Below, piece by piece: positions 1-9,914 of a stretch of DNA of 64,000 nucleotides (its first letter is position 1; each line of letters opens with the position of its first letter). Where the stretch lies: the IMG/VR virus record IMGVR_UViG_3300050821_005524, positions 5,317 to 69,316 of that record, one strand, 5' to 3'. This DNA is from a virus. The notes beneath the pieces were generated by a model. It did no database searches and had not been told where the DNA came from. It was given only the letters and a program-made list of their open reading frames with translations. The position numbers and the translations under genes were made by a program.

Positions 1-246
1 TAGCCACGTTTCACAGTCGTGTAAGACGGTGTCTTTTAACTGCTTTAGCGTTTGCCGCACTACAGCGAATCGCGTGTAGCGAAATCCGTCTTTTGCGGGG
101 GTTTGGAGGAGGGCCCGCCGCAGAAGCTCCATGATACATGAAATGGTTTTGCCCGACCCTACGGGACCCGTTATGACCCTCCCGAAGGCTTCAGATTTCA
201 TGAATGAGGCGCAAGTCGGGGAGGCTGTGTATACTAGGTCGGACAT
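1..246 (-). CDS. terL: Terminase large subunit, N-terminal ATPase part (runs off window start)
   Basis: Not in the ORF track; manual translation from ATG at 246: MSDLVYTASPTCASFMKSEAFGRVITGPVGSGKTISCIMELLRRA...RFAVVRQTLKQLKDT, with Walker A GPVGSGKT. Confidence 0.9.
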   Translation of the reverse strand, partial: MSDLVYTASPTCASFMKSEAFGRVITGPVGSGKTISCIMELLRRALLQTPAKDGFRYTRFAVVRQTLKQLKDTVLHDCETWL

Positions 247-315
247 CGAACACCGGGGCAAGGGGGCTTGTGCCGCACCTTAACCCGATGGTAGGTTATA
301 TAAGGTTAACGCCGT

Positions 316-1068
316 TTACCTTGCGGGCGTTCTGGGGATTATGTTTCCCTTGTGCCAGTTTCCGCAGTCTTGACACTGAAAGCGGGTGTATTTGCGCGCT
401 GACGAGACAATAACCCCGCGCTTCTGCACACGAGCAGAACGACACACGGGACAGCCAGCCCGATCACCATAGAGCCCAAGATTAGGATGGGTAGCCATAT
501 AAGGTCGGAGGTGTTCATATACTCTTTCCAGCAGTAGCACATCGCGGCGGTTGTACCGCTTCATTAGGTTCCAGGCTTTATGTTCCCCCGCCATGGTGCG
601 GCGCCAGAGGTCGAAGCCGGTGTTGGGGAGCTTTTTGCCAACTTTGAGGTAGACCCCCAGGTCGTTCAGCCGGTTGCTTTCGAACGAGAAGTATTTTCGT
701 GCGGCTTTGCAGGTGTCGATGGATTTCCACGGAGCCGGCGGCTTCATGCCGTATCGAATGAACCGCGCGTTGGCTTTTCGTATGTCAAACTTGTCGCCGT
801 TGTGGGATATGAGAATGTCGGCTTCGTCGAATAACTTGTGGAGGTCTTTGATTAGGAAGAAGTCGTTCTCAAGGTTCGATTTATAGAGCGGGTAGTCAAT
901 AAGGGCCTTGGTGTAGATCTTCTTTTCACCTAACCACTTGTATGAGAATGAAAGCATGTACCACGGTGACTGCACTGCTATGATGTCGGTTTCCCACAGT
1001 TTGCCCCAGAAGTACCCCAGTGATGGGGCGGTTTCAATGTCAAACAGTGCTATCCTGGGTGGACTCAT
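316..1068 (-). CDS. RNase H-fold/DnaQ-like 3'-5' exonuclease with C-terminal Zn ribbon
   Basis: FDIET, SHNGDKFD, YNRRDV acidic motifs; CPVC...CQDCG at the C-terminus; likely start MSPPRIALFD at 1068. Confidence 0.8.
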   Translation of the reverse strand: MSPPRIALFDIETAPSLGYFWGKLWETDIIAVQSPWYMLSFSYKWLGEKKIYTKALIDYPLYKSNLENDFFLIKDLHKLFDEADILISHNGDKFDIRKANARFIRYGMKPPAPWKSIDTCKAARKYFSFESNRLNDLGVYLKVGKKLPNTGFDLWRRTMAGEHKAWNLMKRYNRRDVLLLERVYEHLRPYMATHPNLGLYGDRAGCPVCRSARVQKRGVIVSSARKYTRFQCQDCGNWHKGNIIPRTPAR

Positions 1069-1561
1069 GCTGTACCTCGATTGTCTTTGTCTTCTCGAAG
1101 GCAGTGACATCGGCGCCGAGGTTAATAACGATTTTGAATTTTTCCGTTGGGGCGTTCGCTTGGGTGCTCTCACCTAGACCTGCCATCTTTGCGAAGAGTT
1201 TCGCCAACTCGATTACGGCCGGTGTTGGGTCTTTTGCCTTGCTCAGCGATGCCCCTAGTACCGGCATGGCATCTTCTAGCGCGATTGCACTTTCTAATGC
1301 AAGCCTTTGTTTTGTATTGCCTATGGCGTTCCATTCCGCCGTCATGGAGGCGAGGGTGCTCTGGAACGCCTCCGTGGCTGCCAGGTGATCGTACTGGGCC
1401 TGGGTGAGGCCATGGGTCTTCAGGATGAACGGTAGCTCGTACATATTGGTCGAGCAGTCCCGCACGAGCGAGGCCACACGCTGGATTGTCCAGCCTGTTG
1501 GCATGGTGGTGGACACTGGCAGATTGGCCGGCGGGGGGGTGTATACGGGTTCATCAGACAT
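1040..1561 (-). CDS. Probable terminase small subunit
   Basis: 173 aa helical protein with a late beta segment FKIVINLG; same strand as and upstream of terL. Confidence 0.6.
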   Translation of the reverse strand: MSDEPVYTPPPANLPVSTTMPTGWTIQRVASLVRDCSTNMYELPFILKTHGLTQAQYDHLAATEAFQSTLASMTAEWNAIGNTKQRLALESAIALEDAMPVLGASLSKAKDPTPAVIELAKLFAKMAGLGESTQANAPTEKFKIVINLGADVTAFEKTKTIEVQHESTQDSTV

Positions 1562-1583
1562 AGGGCACCTTGCCGCCTTAGGG

Positions 1584-1599
1584 GTTAACGTTCTCTTAT
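1584..1599. promoter_or_regulatory. CtrA-like box in the terS/portal divergent gap
   Basis: Minus strand ATAA-gagaacg-TTAAC, one mismatch to TTAA-N7-TTAAC. Confidence 0.35.
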
Positions 1600-1649
1600 C
1601 CTAACGAGAATACCTTGCGTTTACAAGTGCATCCGAAGGGTCTCCTAAT

Positions 1650-3920
1650 ATGGCCGACGGCCTGGGGCAAAACGGCGTTTTACAGGTTATTCCGCCGGCT
1701 CAGCTAGAACAACAGTTGCAACAGCAGGCCCAGGATAAGGCCGCTGCCAATCAGCCGTCCCCCGATCAGGACCCTGCCCAGCTGGCGTCCTACATCAAGG
1801 GCCGGTTCGAGATTTTTCGCAACCACAGAAATACGGCCGCGGGATGGTCGGAGCGCCTCCTCCATGCCTTGCGTGTCTTCAACGGCCAGTATGACCAGAC
1901 TCGCCTACAGGAGATCCGCAAGTTCGGCGGGTCAGAACTTTATGCCCGGATTACAACGCAGAAGTGCAGGGCATCGTCCTCCCTGCTGAGGGACATTTAT
2001 CTGTCCCAGGACCGCCCGTGGGCCATCCGCCCCCCGTCCAGCCCTGACGTTCCACCCGAAATACTGCAGTCCATAGACACCCTCATGCAGCAGGAGGGTA
2101 TGCAGGTTGCGCAGACGCTTGGCCGCCCCCCCACTGGGGCTGATACGGAGCAGCGCAGGACCGCGCTTATCGAGAGCGCCCAGGACGCCGCCAAGAAGAA
2201 GTCGGAACAGCAGGCCCGGGACAGCGAGGATAAGATCGAGGACATCCTCCGTGCCGGGGGGTTCTACGACGCCCTGGCCCAGTTTCTGGTTGATCTGCCG
2301 GTATTCCCGTTTGCGGTTATCAAGGGCCCCGTCGTTAAGGTAGTGCCGACGGTGACATGGCCGCCCGGTGGCGGGCAGCCAAAGGTTGTCATGAAGCCCA
2401 CGCTGACGTGGAATCGTGTGTCGCCTTTCGACCTCTGGTTTACTCCTGGCGTAGCGGACATTGAAAATGCGGAGGTTATTGAGAAACTTCGGGTTACACG
2501 CGGAGAGCTTAATGATCTCCTGGACTTGCCCGGGTACAACCAGGATGAGCTTCGGGCCGTTCTGGATGAATACGGCCGTGGCGGTCTCTATGATGCGTGG
2601 GACACTACGGACGCCGAAAGGGCGGTTCTGGAAAGCCGGGAAAACCCCGCCTGGAACCGCTCCGCGATGATAACGATGATGGAGTATAACGGCAACGTTC
2701 AGGGTCGTATACTTCAGGACTACGGACTTGCGGTGCCCGATGAACTCCGCGACTATTCCGTTCAGGTGTGGTGCATCGGATCGCACGTTATCAAAGCTCA
2801 CCTGTCGCCTAGCCCCCGCCAGCGCCACCCGTACTTCATTACGAGCTTCGAAAAGGTCCCCGGGACACCTGTCGGCAACTCCCTTGTCGATCTGCTGTCA
2901 GATGTGCAGGACGCATCCAATGCGGCCCTTAGGGCCCTTATCAATAACCTTTCAATATCGTCGGGCCCGCAGGTGATGGTAAATGATGATTGCATAACGC
3001 CAGACGAAACCAACGCCGACTTGTATCCGTGGAAACGGTGGCACTTCCGCAATGATCCGCTCGGTAACAATAGTAAGCCGCCGATCTCCTTCTTCATGCC
3101 GGCCAGTAATTCAGATAGCCTTATCAAGGTATACCAGTCCTTTGTCGAGATCGCGGACGATGTCAGCGCGATCCCTAAATATGTCGGTGGGTCAGGATCC
3201 AGTGGCGGTGCCGGACGGACAGCCAGCGGTCTGGCTATGCTTATGGGCAACGCTTCGAAGATCCTGCAGAGCGTCTCGGCCAACATTGACCGTGATGTAG
3301 TCGAGCCCGCGCTTCTCCAACTCTCCGATCTGATCCTGCTCACCGACACTTCAGGTATCTTGACGGGCGAGGAAAGCATCAGCGTTCTGGGTGTCAATGT
3401 GGCGATCCAGCGCGAGACCATTCGCCAGCGCCAGATTGAGTTCCTGCAGGCGACGATGAACCCGACCGACCAGAAGATCGTTGGCATTAAGGGCCGCGGG
3501 GCTATTCTGCGGGCGGTGTCGCAGACGATCGGCCTTAACGGCGAGGAGGTTGTCCCGTCGGATGACCAGCTCGAGCAGATGCAAAGGGCTGAACAACAGC
3601 AGCAGGCCCAGGGCCCCGTCATGGAGCAGGTTCAAAAAGGGGTGGCACAGGGCGTTCAACTGGGTATCCAGACCATCACAAAAGAGTTGACAGCCGGCGA
3701 GATTGCTGCGCAGATAGGCATGCCGGAGGGGGCTCCCGCGCACATCGGGACACTTCCCGGTGAAGGCGGTCAACCGTCCGGCAACTCGACGCAAAACGCT
3801 GCGGTTGGCCAAGGTACAAAGCAGGGGCCTCTCCAAGGTCAGGGGGGGCCCCAAACTCACTTGGTCGGTTCCCAGCCCGGTGCCGGGGCTAAACCGATTA
3901 GTGCTGGAATTGGTGGTTGA
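1650..3920 (+). CDS. Portal protein
   Basis: 756 aa; RVSPFDLWFTPG, SFEKVPGTPVG, RTASGLAMLM segments typical of podovirus portals; Q/G-rich tail; first gene of the structural operon. Confidence 0.85.
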   Translation: MADGLGQNGVLQVIPPAQLEQQLQQQAQDKAAANQPSPDQDPAQLASYIKGRFEIFRNHRNTAAGWSERLLHALRVFNGQYDQTRLQEIRKFGGSELYARITTQKCRASSSLLRDIYLSQDRPWAIRPPSSPDVPPEILQSIDTLMQQEGMQVAQTLGRPPTGADTEQRRTALIESAQDAAKKKSEQQARDSEDKIEDILRAGGFYDALAQFLVDLPVFPFAVIKGPVVKVVPTVTWPPGGGQPKVVMKPTLTWNRVSPFDLWFTPGVADIENAEVIEKLRVTRGELNDLLDLPGYNQDELRAVLDEYGRGGLYDAWDTTDAERAVLESRENPAWNRSAMITMMEYNGNVQGRILQDYGLAVPDELRDYSVQVWCIGSHVIKAHLSPSPRQRHPYFITSFEKVPGTPVGNSLVDLLSDVQDASNAALRALINNLSISSGPQVMVNDDCITPDETNADLYPWKRWHFRNDPLGNNSKPPISFFMPASNSDSLIKVYQSFVEIADDVSAIPKYVGGSGSSGGAGRTASGLAMLMGNASKILQSVSANIDRDVVEPALLQLSDLILLTDTSGILTGEESISVLGVNVAIQRETIRQRQIEFLQATMNPTDQKIVGIKGRGAILRAVSQTIGLNGEEVVPSDDQLEQMQRAEQQQQAQGPVMEQVQKGVAQGVQLGIQTITKELTAGEIAAQIGMPEGAPAHIGTLPGEGGQPSGNSTQNAAVGQGTKQGPLQGQGGPQTHLVGSQPGAGAKPISAGIGG

Positions 3921-4714
3921 TGCATTTTATAAGTGGTTTGCCGCGATCGGGATCCACCCTGCTTGCGTCGATCCTGAGGCAGAATCCGGCTTGTCATGCT
4001 TCGGTTGAATCTCCCGTTGGGCAGATTATTACTACCGCCTTGGGGGCTATGGGACCCAGTAACGAGGCAAGGTGTTTTCTGTGGAGTGAGCAGCGCATTG
4101 AGATGTTACGCGGCATATTTATGGGCTACTACGATTTAGACCAACGGGCTATTTTGTTTGACAATAATCGCCGGTGGACAGCAAATATAGCCCTCCTTGC
4201 CGAACTATTCCCCAAGTGTAAAGTAGTATGTTGCGTTCGTTCGCCCGCCGCTATAGTGGACAGTTTCGAACAACTGTTTCAGGCTAACCCATTAGCTCTT
4301 AGTGTTGTTTACGGGTCCAAGCCGAATACTACAGTCTACGAGCGTGTCCGTGAGATTATGGGGTCAAACGGCGTGTTGGGGTTTTCCCTGAATGCACTCA
4401 GGTCAGCGTTTTACGGCCCCCATGCCGATCGTCTTGTGCTTGTGAACTATGATGACCTTGCCCGGTTTCCCCAAGCTGTCATGGACGACCTGACAAAAAC
4501 TCTCCCCCTGCCCCCCCACAACTATCGGTTTGACGCCATTGAGCAGATTCCAGGCGCGGAGCAGTTCGATAAGGACCTTGCAACCCCCGGCATGCATACT
4601 CTCAAGCCCAAGGTTGTATACGAGGACCGTAAGAGCGTTCTCCCGCCGGATATCTGGAACTCTTTGCCGGAACCGTTTTGGCTGAGTAGTAAAGAATTAA
4701 CCACCCCAAGTTAG
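3917..4714 (+). CDS. PAPS-dependent sulfotransferase
   Basis: 5'-PSB loop FISGLPRSGSTLL, VRSPAAIVDSF, LVNYDDL; start overlaps the portal stop. Confidence 0.85.
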   Translation: MMHFISGLPRSGSTLLASILRQNPACHASVESPVGQIITTALGAMGPSNEARCFLWSEQRIEMLRGIFMGYYDLDQRAILFDNNRRWTANIALLAELFPKCKVVCCVRSPAAIVDSFEQLFQANPLALSVVYGSKPNTTVYERVREIMGSNGVLGFSLNALRSAFYGPHADRLVLVNYDDLARFPQAVMDDLTKTLPLPPHNYRFDAIEQIPGAEQFDKDLATPGMHTLKPKVVYEDRKSVLPPDIWNSLPEPFWLSSKELTTPS

Positions 4715-4744
4715 TGTCGTTTTGACTAATTCAAAGGGCCCGCC

Positions 4745-5317
4745 ATGGCGATCTTGTCCTCGACGAACTACGATAGGAACGTTATCGGTCCTACGCTTAA
4801 ACTTGTGGTCGAGGCTCTTGCAGGTGCCACTGGTGGGGTCTTTACAGGCAACACTGGTCCCACTGGCTCCGCAACTGGTGTAACCGGCCCCGCAGGTGCC
4901 CCCGGCCTTACGGGGCCCACGGGTGCGCTGGGTGCGAATACAGGCCCTGATGGCCCCCGAGGTCCTCAGGGCTATAGCGTGATGACGGGTAATACCGGTC
5001 CCACTGGCCCCACCGGCAACACCGGTACCGCTGGTCCTTTGGGCCCTACAGGACCGTACAGCGGTGTGACAGGTAACACTGGTCCCACCGGCTCCTCGAC
5101 CGGCGTTGCGGGCCCGGCTGGGTTTACTGGCAACACTGGTAACACGGGTCCGACGGGTGTTACGGGCGCCCCCGGTATCAAAGGTGCGTTTGGTCCGACA
5201 GGTCCTACGGGTCCGTCCGGGACCACCGTTAGCCTGTTTATCGCGCCGACCTCCGACCCGCATGTATCTGGGCTGGTTTGGAACAGCGCCGGCACCCCAA
5301 AAGTGTCAACGGGGTAA
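4745..5317 (+). CDS. Collagen-like protein 1 (GxT repeats)
   Basis: Interrupted Gly-X-Y runs rich in GPT/GNT; C-terminal [16 protein letters not shown]. Confidence 0.85.
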   Translation: MAILSSTNYDRNVIGPTLKLVVEALAGATGGVFTGNTGPTGSATGVTGPAGAPGLTGPTGALGANTGPDGPRGPQGYSVMTGNTGPTGPTGNTGTAGPLGPTGPYSGVTGNTGPTGSSTGVAGPAGFTGNTGNTGPTGVTGAPGIKGAFGPTGPTGPSGTTVSLFIAPTSDPHVSGLVWNSAGTPKVSTG

Positions 5318-5326
5318 GGGGTCACC

Positions 5327-5905
5327 ATGAGCCGTCTTCTACCTGTTTCCACGCACTATGATACCCAAGAAATCGGCCCGATGCTCAAGCGGGTTGTGGA
5401 CATTGTCAACGCTGGCAGCCTAGGCGGTGCGACGGGTAACACCGGCCCCACGGGCGCCCCGGGGGGCGCTACTGGCCCCACCGGCCCCTCGGGCACCGCA
5501 ACCGGTGTTACGGGCCCCACGGGTGGCGCGCAGGGTTCTGCAGGCCCGACAGGGTCTACCGGCTCCACGGGCCCCACTGGCGTGGCTGGCCCCCCCGGGT
5601 TGACGGTTACGGGCCCGACCGGCCCGACCGGCCCATCCCCGGTGACCGGGCTTAATACCGGCCCCACCGGAGCTACTGGCGCTGCCGGAAATAAAACCGG
5701 TGGTACGGGGCCGACAGGGCCGACCGGTGTTACCGGCCTGCAAGGTCCCACGGGTGCTTCTGGCCCTGCCGGTCCTCCGGGGCTGACAGGCATCACGGGT
5801 CCGACGGGTGTGTCGTTCTTCATCTTTAAGCCGCCGACCGCTGACCCGCACGTTGTTGGCCAGGTCTGGTCCAATGCTGGCGTCCTAACCGTTTCGGCAG
5901 GGTAA
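5327..5905 (+). CDS. Collagen-like protein 2 (paralogue)
   Basis: GPT repeats; N-terminal YD-x3-IGP-x-LK and C-terminal [16 protein letters not shown] shared with neighbours. Confidence 0.85.
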   Translation: MSRLLPVSTHYDTQEIGPMLKRVVDIVNAGSLGGATGNTGPTGAPGGATGPTGPSGTATGVTGPTGGAQGSAGPTGSTGSTGPTGVAGPPGLTVTGPTGPTGPSPVTGLNTGPTGATGAAGNKTGGTGPTGPTGVTGLQGPTGASGPAGPPGLTGITGPTGVSFFIFKPPTADPHVVGQVWSNAGVLTVSAG

Positions 5906-5906
5906 A

Positions 5907-6650
5907 ATGGCAACTTTTCCTTTTGATCCCCCGCTTCCTGACACGTACGACGACAACACCATTCCGCAGGTGCTGGCGTATTGCGCACAGGTGCTCAACG
6001 AGGGGACGGCGACCGGCCCCACGGGTAATACTGGCCCGCGGGGGTCTAACCCGACCGCGACTGGAACAACCGGACCGACGGGGCCGACGGGCGGCACGAA
6101 GACCCTTGTCCTTAGTGTGAGCACCGCCGGTACTGGCGGCTGGACCGGCACCATTCAATATCTTGGCCCTGTCGGCCCCGCTGGCGGCATGAAGGGTGCA
6201 ACCGGTCCGACTGGTTATGCGGGCGTCACAGGTCCGCAAGGTTCGACTGGAAACAGCGGTCCCACCGGGTACACCGGCGTAACTGGTGGGACCGGCTTCA
6301 TGGGGAACCCCTCCGTTCCAGGGCCTACCGGTCCCGCGGGGGCGAATACATCTACCGGCCCAACCGGGGCTACAGGCCCTGCCGGTCCGGCTGGTAATAC
6401 TGGTAATACCGGGCCTACGGGCAAGACAGGCCCTACCGGCGGCTACCAAACTAACCAACCTACGATCGGTACGGGCGGATCCGGCAATACTGCTGGGTTC
6501 CTTTACCAGGGCCCTGCGGGCCCGATGGGGCCGATCCAGAATACTATTTATATCCCACCCACAACTGATCCGCGGGTCCCCGGAGCGATGTGGAACAAGA
6601 GCGGTACACTCGTGTTCTCACCGGGCATTCAAGGTGCTTCAGACACCTAG
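5907..6650 (+). CDS. Collagen-like protein 3 (paralogue)
   Basis: GPT repeats; C-terminal [16 protein letters not shown]. Confidence 0.85.
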   Translation: MATFPFDPPLPDTYDDNTIPQVLAYCAQVLNEGTATGPTGNTGPRGSNPTATGTTGPTGPTGGTKTLVLSVSTAGTGGWTGTIQYLGPVGPAGGMKGATGPTGYAGVTGPQGSTGNSGPTGYTGVTGGTGFMGNPSVPGPTGPAGANTSTGPTGATGPAGPAGNTGNTGPTGKTGPTGGYQTNQPTIGTGGSGNTAGFLYQGPAGPMGPIQNTIYIPPTTDPRVPGAMWNKSGTLVFSPGIQGASDT

Positions 6651-6685
6651 GACAAGGTTTGACAAACTACCGCATGGGTGTTACT

Positions 6686-6713
6686 TGAGGGGCCTTACAG
6701 GCCCCTCATTTTT
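6686..6713 (+). terminator. Rho-independent terminator
   Basis: TGAGGGGCC-ttaca-GGCCCCTCA-TTTTT. Confidence 0.75.
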
Positions 6714-6722
6714 GGCTAGTGG

Positions 6723-7079
6723 ATGTACCCCTCTAATTCCCCTAGTAAGCGTAAGGAGCGGCGCGACAGGTTTAACGCTCGCCACCCGGGGGTGTTGACC
6801 GCTTATTCGCGCAATTGGAATTTGAGACGTAAATACGGCATATCGACGGATGACTGGAACGCGCTCTTTAAGGCACAAGGGAAGTGCTGCGCGATTTGTG
6901 GGTCTAAGCATCCAGGTGGGAGATACTGGCATACGGACCACAGTGGCCCTTTACCTTGTACTCGTCACCAAGTTCGTGGGATTCTTTGTTTGCACTGTAA
7001 CCATGCAATTGGCAAGGGAACCACGGTTGAATTAGATAGGGAACGTGCTCGTGTGGCTTACTTGGAGCGGTGGCTATGA
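6723..7079 (+). CDS. Endonuclease VII-like (HNH) free-standing endonuclease
   Basis: KYGISTDDWNALFKAQGKCCAIC...HTDH...VRGILCLHCN. Confidence 0.85.
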   Translation: MYPSNSPSKRKERRDRFNARHPGVLTAYSRNWNLRRKYGISTDDWNALFKAQGKCCAICGSKHPGGRYWHTDHSGPLPCTRHQVRGILCLHCNHAIGKGTTVELDRERARVAYLERWL

Positions 7080-9067
7080 GACTGTGTTTAAACATGATTG
7101 TCCGTAATGAGGACGCCCGCATCGAGCGTGCCTTGAAGAGTGCCCTGCCGTATATTACTAGTATAGCCGTTGTTGACACAGGTAGCACCGACAACACCAA
7201 GGCTGCCATCCGCGAATTTGCGGGCGACCACGGTATCATGCACCTGATCGAGGATGCCCCCTTCGAGGATTGGTCGCAGGCCCGGAACGCAGCGCTTGAG
7301 TGCGCCCGCAAAATGTACAACGTTGACTATTTCCTTTTGATGGATGCCGACATGGAACTCGTTGTGAGGGACAAGGATGCGTTCCTTGCCGACCACGACG
7401 GCCCCAGCTATGACATGACCCAAATTGCAGGCACTAACCACTACCACAACCGCAGGCTTGTACACGCGAAGGTGAAGGGGGGTTACGTGGGGCGGACCCA
7501 TGAGTACATTGACGTCCCCACTGCGGGCCTTATCGACGAAAGCATAGCGTACTTCAAGGATCACGCTGATGGCGCTAACCGCCCCGGTAAGTTTGAGCGG
7601 GACATTCGCTTTCTCCTTGCCGATCTGGAGGATGACCCCAAGAACGGGCGCGCCATGTTCTATCTGGCTAACTCGTACCGGGATGCTGGCGAATGGGCTA
7701 AGGCTGCGGAGTGGTACAAGAAGCGTGTGGAGATAGGCGGGTGGGACGAGGAAGTGTGGAACGCAAAGTTCTGCTACGCCCACTGCCAGAAGGACCTGGG
7801 GAATATTGACGGGTTTGTTAATGGCCTGCTTGAGACGTATGACTCGCGCAAGTCCCGCGCAGAGCCGCTGTACGATCTGGCGAAGTACTACCGCGAGAGC
7901 GGCAGGAACGAACTTGCCATGATGGTAGCGGAGGCGGGTGTGGACATTCCGCTGTCCAAGGACTCGCTGTTTGTCAACAACTACGTGTACGACGTGGGGT
8001 TCAAGGAAGAGATTTCCATTGCCGCCTTCTATATGCCCAATAAGAAACGTTTGGGCTATAAGACGTGCAGCGATTTGTGCATGAACAAGGGGCCAAACGA
8101 TTGGGTCAAGCACCATGCTCGCGGCAACATAATTCACTATCTCGAGCCGCTTTCCACCTTCTGTCCGTCATTCAAATGGAAGCGTATTCCGTTTGATCCG
8201 CCTGACGGGTGGACGGCGATGAACCCGAGTGTTACCGTGCATGACGGCGATCCTCTGGTTAACGTGCGGTGCGTCAATTATCAGATTGACGACGCGGGAC
8301 GATATTTAATCAAGGGAACAGACGGTACGGCCAACGGGGAAAACCCGATAAACACCCGCAATTTCATACTATCTAAAAAGCTTACCGGTTATTGGGGTAT
8401 CCCTAGAGAGGTAGTTGCCCCCGCTGATATGCCGTGCGAGTGGCCGCTCGTGCTCGGTTTTGAAGACATACGGTTGATATCATGGGGTGGTTCACTGTGG
8501 TCATCCTCGACGGTACGGCAACTGTGTGGGGACGGCACCTGTGAACAAGTACTGACGCGGTTGTGTTACAGCCCTCACCTGGGGGATTGTTGGCGCCATG
8601 CCGACATGAAACGCATGCTCCGTAAGCCCCGCCAGACAGAGAAAAACTGGGCGCCGCTTGTAATGGAAAGCGGCATCCATTTCATGTATCGGCCCGGGGA
8701 AGTAGTGAACAATGACGGCGCTATCGTATTTAAGCATGACCTTGGCATCGCCACCGACAACATCAGCGGCTCGTCACAGTTGATCCCATTCAACGGCGGG
8801 TGGCTTGCAATCACACACGAAGCGGCCTATCTTCCTGGCAGAGCAGTGCGGTATTACACCCACCGGTTCGTGTGGTACGATGATAAATTCAAGGCGGCTA
8901 AGTTCTCCCTGCCGTTCTTCTTTCACGGGAAGCACATTGAGTTCGTAGCGGGCATGTGTCATGAACCTAACACGTCTAACCTGCTGATTTCGTACGGGTA
9001 CAAGGATGAGGAAGCACGCATAGCGACAGTAAACTCTAACGAGGTGGAGAAGTTCCTATGGGTGTAA
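7076..9067 (+). CDS. GT2 glycosyltransferase + TPR + C-terminal beta-propeller glycosidase/phosphorylase-like domain
   Basis: LCLNMIVRNE, VDTGSTDNT, ARNAAL, DAD (DxD), THEY; TPR helices (RAMFYLANSYRD, RAEPLYDLAKYYR); GFEDIRL and EKNWAP propeller motifs. Confidence 0.85.
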   Translation: MRLCLNMIVRNEDARIERALKSALPYITSIAVVDTGSTDNTKAAIREFAGDHGIMHLIEDAPFEDWSQARNAALECARKMYNVDYFLLMDADMELVVRDKDAFLADHDGPSYDMTQIAGTNHYHNRRLVHAKVKGGYVGRTHEYIDVPTAGLIDESIAYFKDHADGANRPGKFERDIRFLLADLEDDPKNGRAMFYLANSYRDAGEWAKAAEWYKKRVEIGGWDEEVWNAKFCYAHCQKDLGNIDGFVNGLLETYDSRKSRAEPLYDLAKYYRESGRNELAMMVAEAGVDIPLSKDSLFVNNYVYDVGFKEEISIAAFYMPNKKRLGYKTCSDLCMNKGPNDWVKHHARGNIIHYLEPLSTFCPSFKWKRIPFDPPDGWTAMNPSVTVHDGDPLVNVRCVNYQIDDAGRYLIKGTDGTANGENPINTRNFILSKKLTGYWGIPREVVAPADMPCEWPLVLGFEDIRLISWGGSLWSSSTVRQLCGDGTCEQVLTRLCYSPHLGDCWRHADMKRMLRKPRQTEKNWAPLVMESGIHFMYRPGEVVNNDGAIVFKHDLGIATDNISGSSQLIPFNGGWLAITHEAAYLPGRAVRYYTHRFVWYDDKFKAAKFSLPFFFHGKHIEFVAGMCHEPNTSNLLISYGYKDEEARIATVNSNEVEKFLWV

Positions 9068-9243
9068 AGTGTGTAGAACACCAAGACCGCGTCACAGTAC
9101 ACCTTAAACAGGACGGCAAAGAAATTGCTTCCAGTCGACAAAAGGCGTTGGATATGGCTGTTTATTGTCTTAAGGATACGAGTGATCCTGTGCCCATACT
9201 TGAGTTGGCGCGTGCTTTCTACTGCTTTCTGCGGAATGACTAG
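9058..9243 (+). CDS. Hypothetical protein
   Basis: 61 aa ORF filling the gap between two glycan genes. Confidence 0.45.
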   Translation: MGVKCVEHQDRVTVHLKQDGKEIASSRQKALDMAVYCLKDTSDPVPILELARAFYCFLRND

Positions 9244-9248
9244 CCCGC

Positions 9249-9914
9249 ATGCCTAGGAAAGTAGTCGTTACCGGCTACGTGCCAATCGCAAACCATCCAA
9301 GATCGGCGGAAGAGTACGGCCGTCTTGGGGAACTGTTTGGCAAGATTGACTGCGGCGCGTGGAACTGCACGCTCTTCCCGTTCTACGAGCAGGTGGAGGA
9401 TACGTGGCTGGCGGAGTACTTGGCGGGCGATAAAAACATAACACATTCGACCGGGGACAACCCCCAGAAGAACTCGCTAGCCTACCATTGTGTCAACCAC
9501 CAGAAGTTTGGGTGGCTGGTGAAGGCTGCTATGCAGTACCCGGCCGACACCTATATCTGGATGGATTATGGCATCGGGCACCTCCCGGGGGTGACCCCCG
9601 CGGTCATTCAGAAGTTTCTTGAGGCAGTTGAGCTGGATGACTTCGCAATCCCGGGATGCTGGGAACGCGAGGGGTTAGTCATTGACGACCTTTCCCCGTG
9701 CTGGCGGTTCTGCGGTAGTCTCTTCATCGTGCCGAAGAATAAAGTTCATGAACTTTACAGAGGGGTAAAGCGCACCCTGTTCGCCCACCTTAACAAGACC
9801 CACAACGTTCCGTGGGAAGTTAACACCCTCGCGTTGGCTGAACCCTCCCTGCCGCCCATTCGCTGGTACCGCGCAAACCATGACAAATCTATGTTTGAGA
9901 ACTACAAAATATGA
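9249..9914 (+). CDS. HtrL/YibB (WlaTC)-like putative glycosyltransferase
   Basis: YIWMDYGIGH and WRFCGSLFIVP motifs. Confidence 0.65.
   Translation: MPRKVVVTGYVPIANHPRSAEEYGRLGELFGKIDCGAWNCTLFPFYEQVEDTWLAEYLAGDKNITHSTGDNPQKNSLAYHCVNHQKFGWLVKAAMQYPADTYIWMDYGIGHLPGVTPAVIQKFLEAVELDDFAIPGCWEREGLVIDDLSPCWRFCGSLFIVPKNKVHELYRGVKRTLFAHLNKTHNVPWEVNTLALAEPSLPPIRWYRANHDKSMFENYKI

Noticed and set aside
4972-6458. Long minus-strand PVG-repeat ORFs (also 18264-19049 and 63686-63997)
   Set aside because: Antisense shadows of GPT collagen codons; no RBS or independent support
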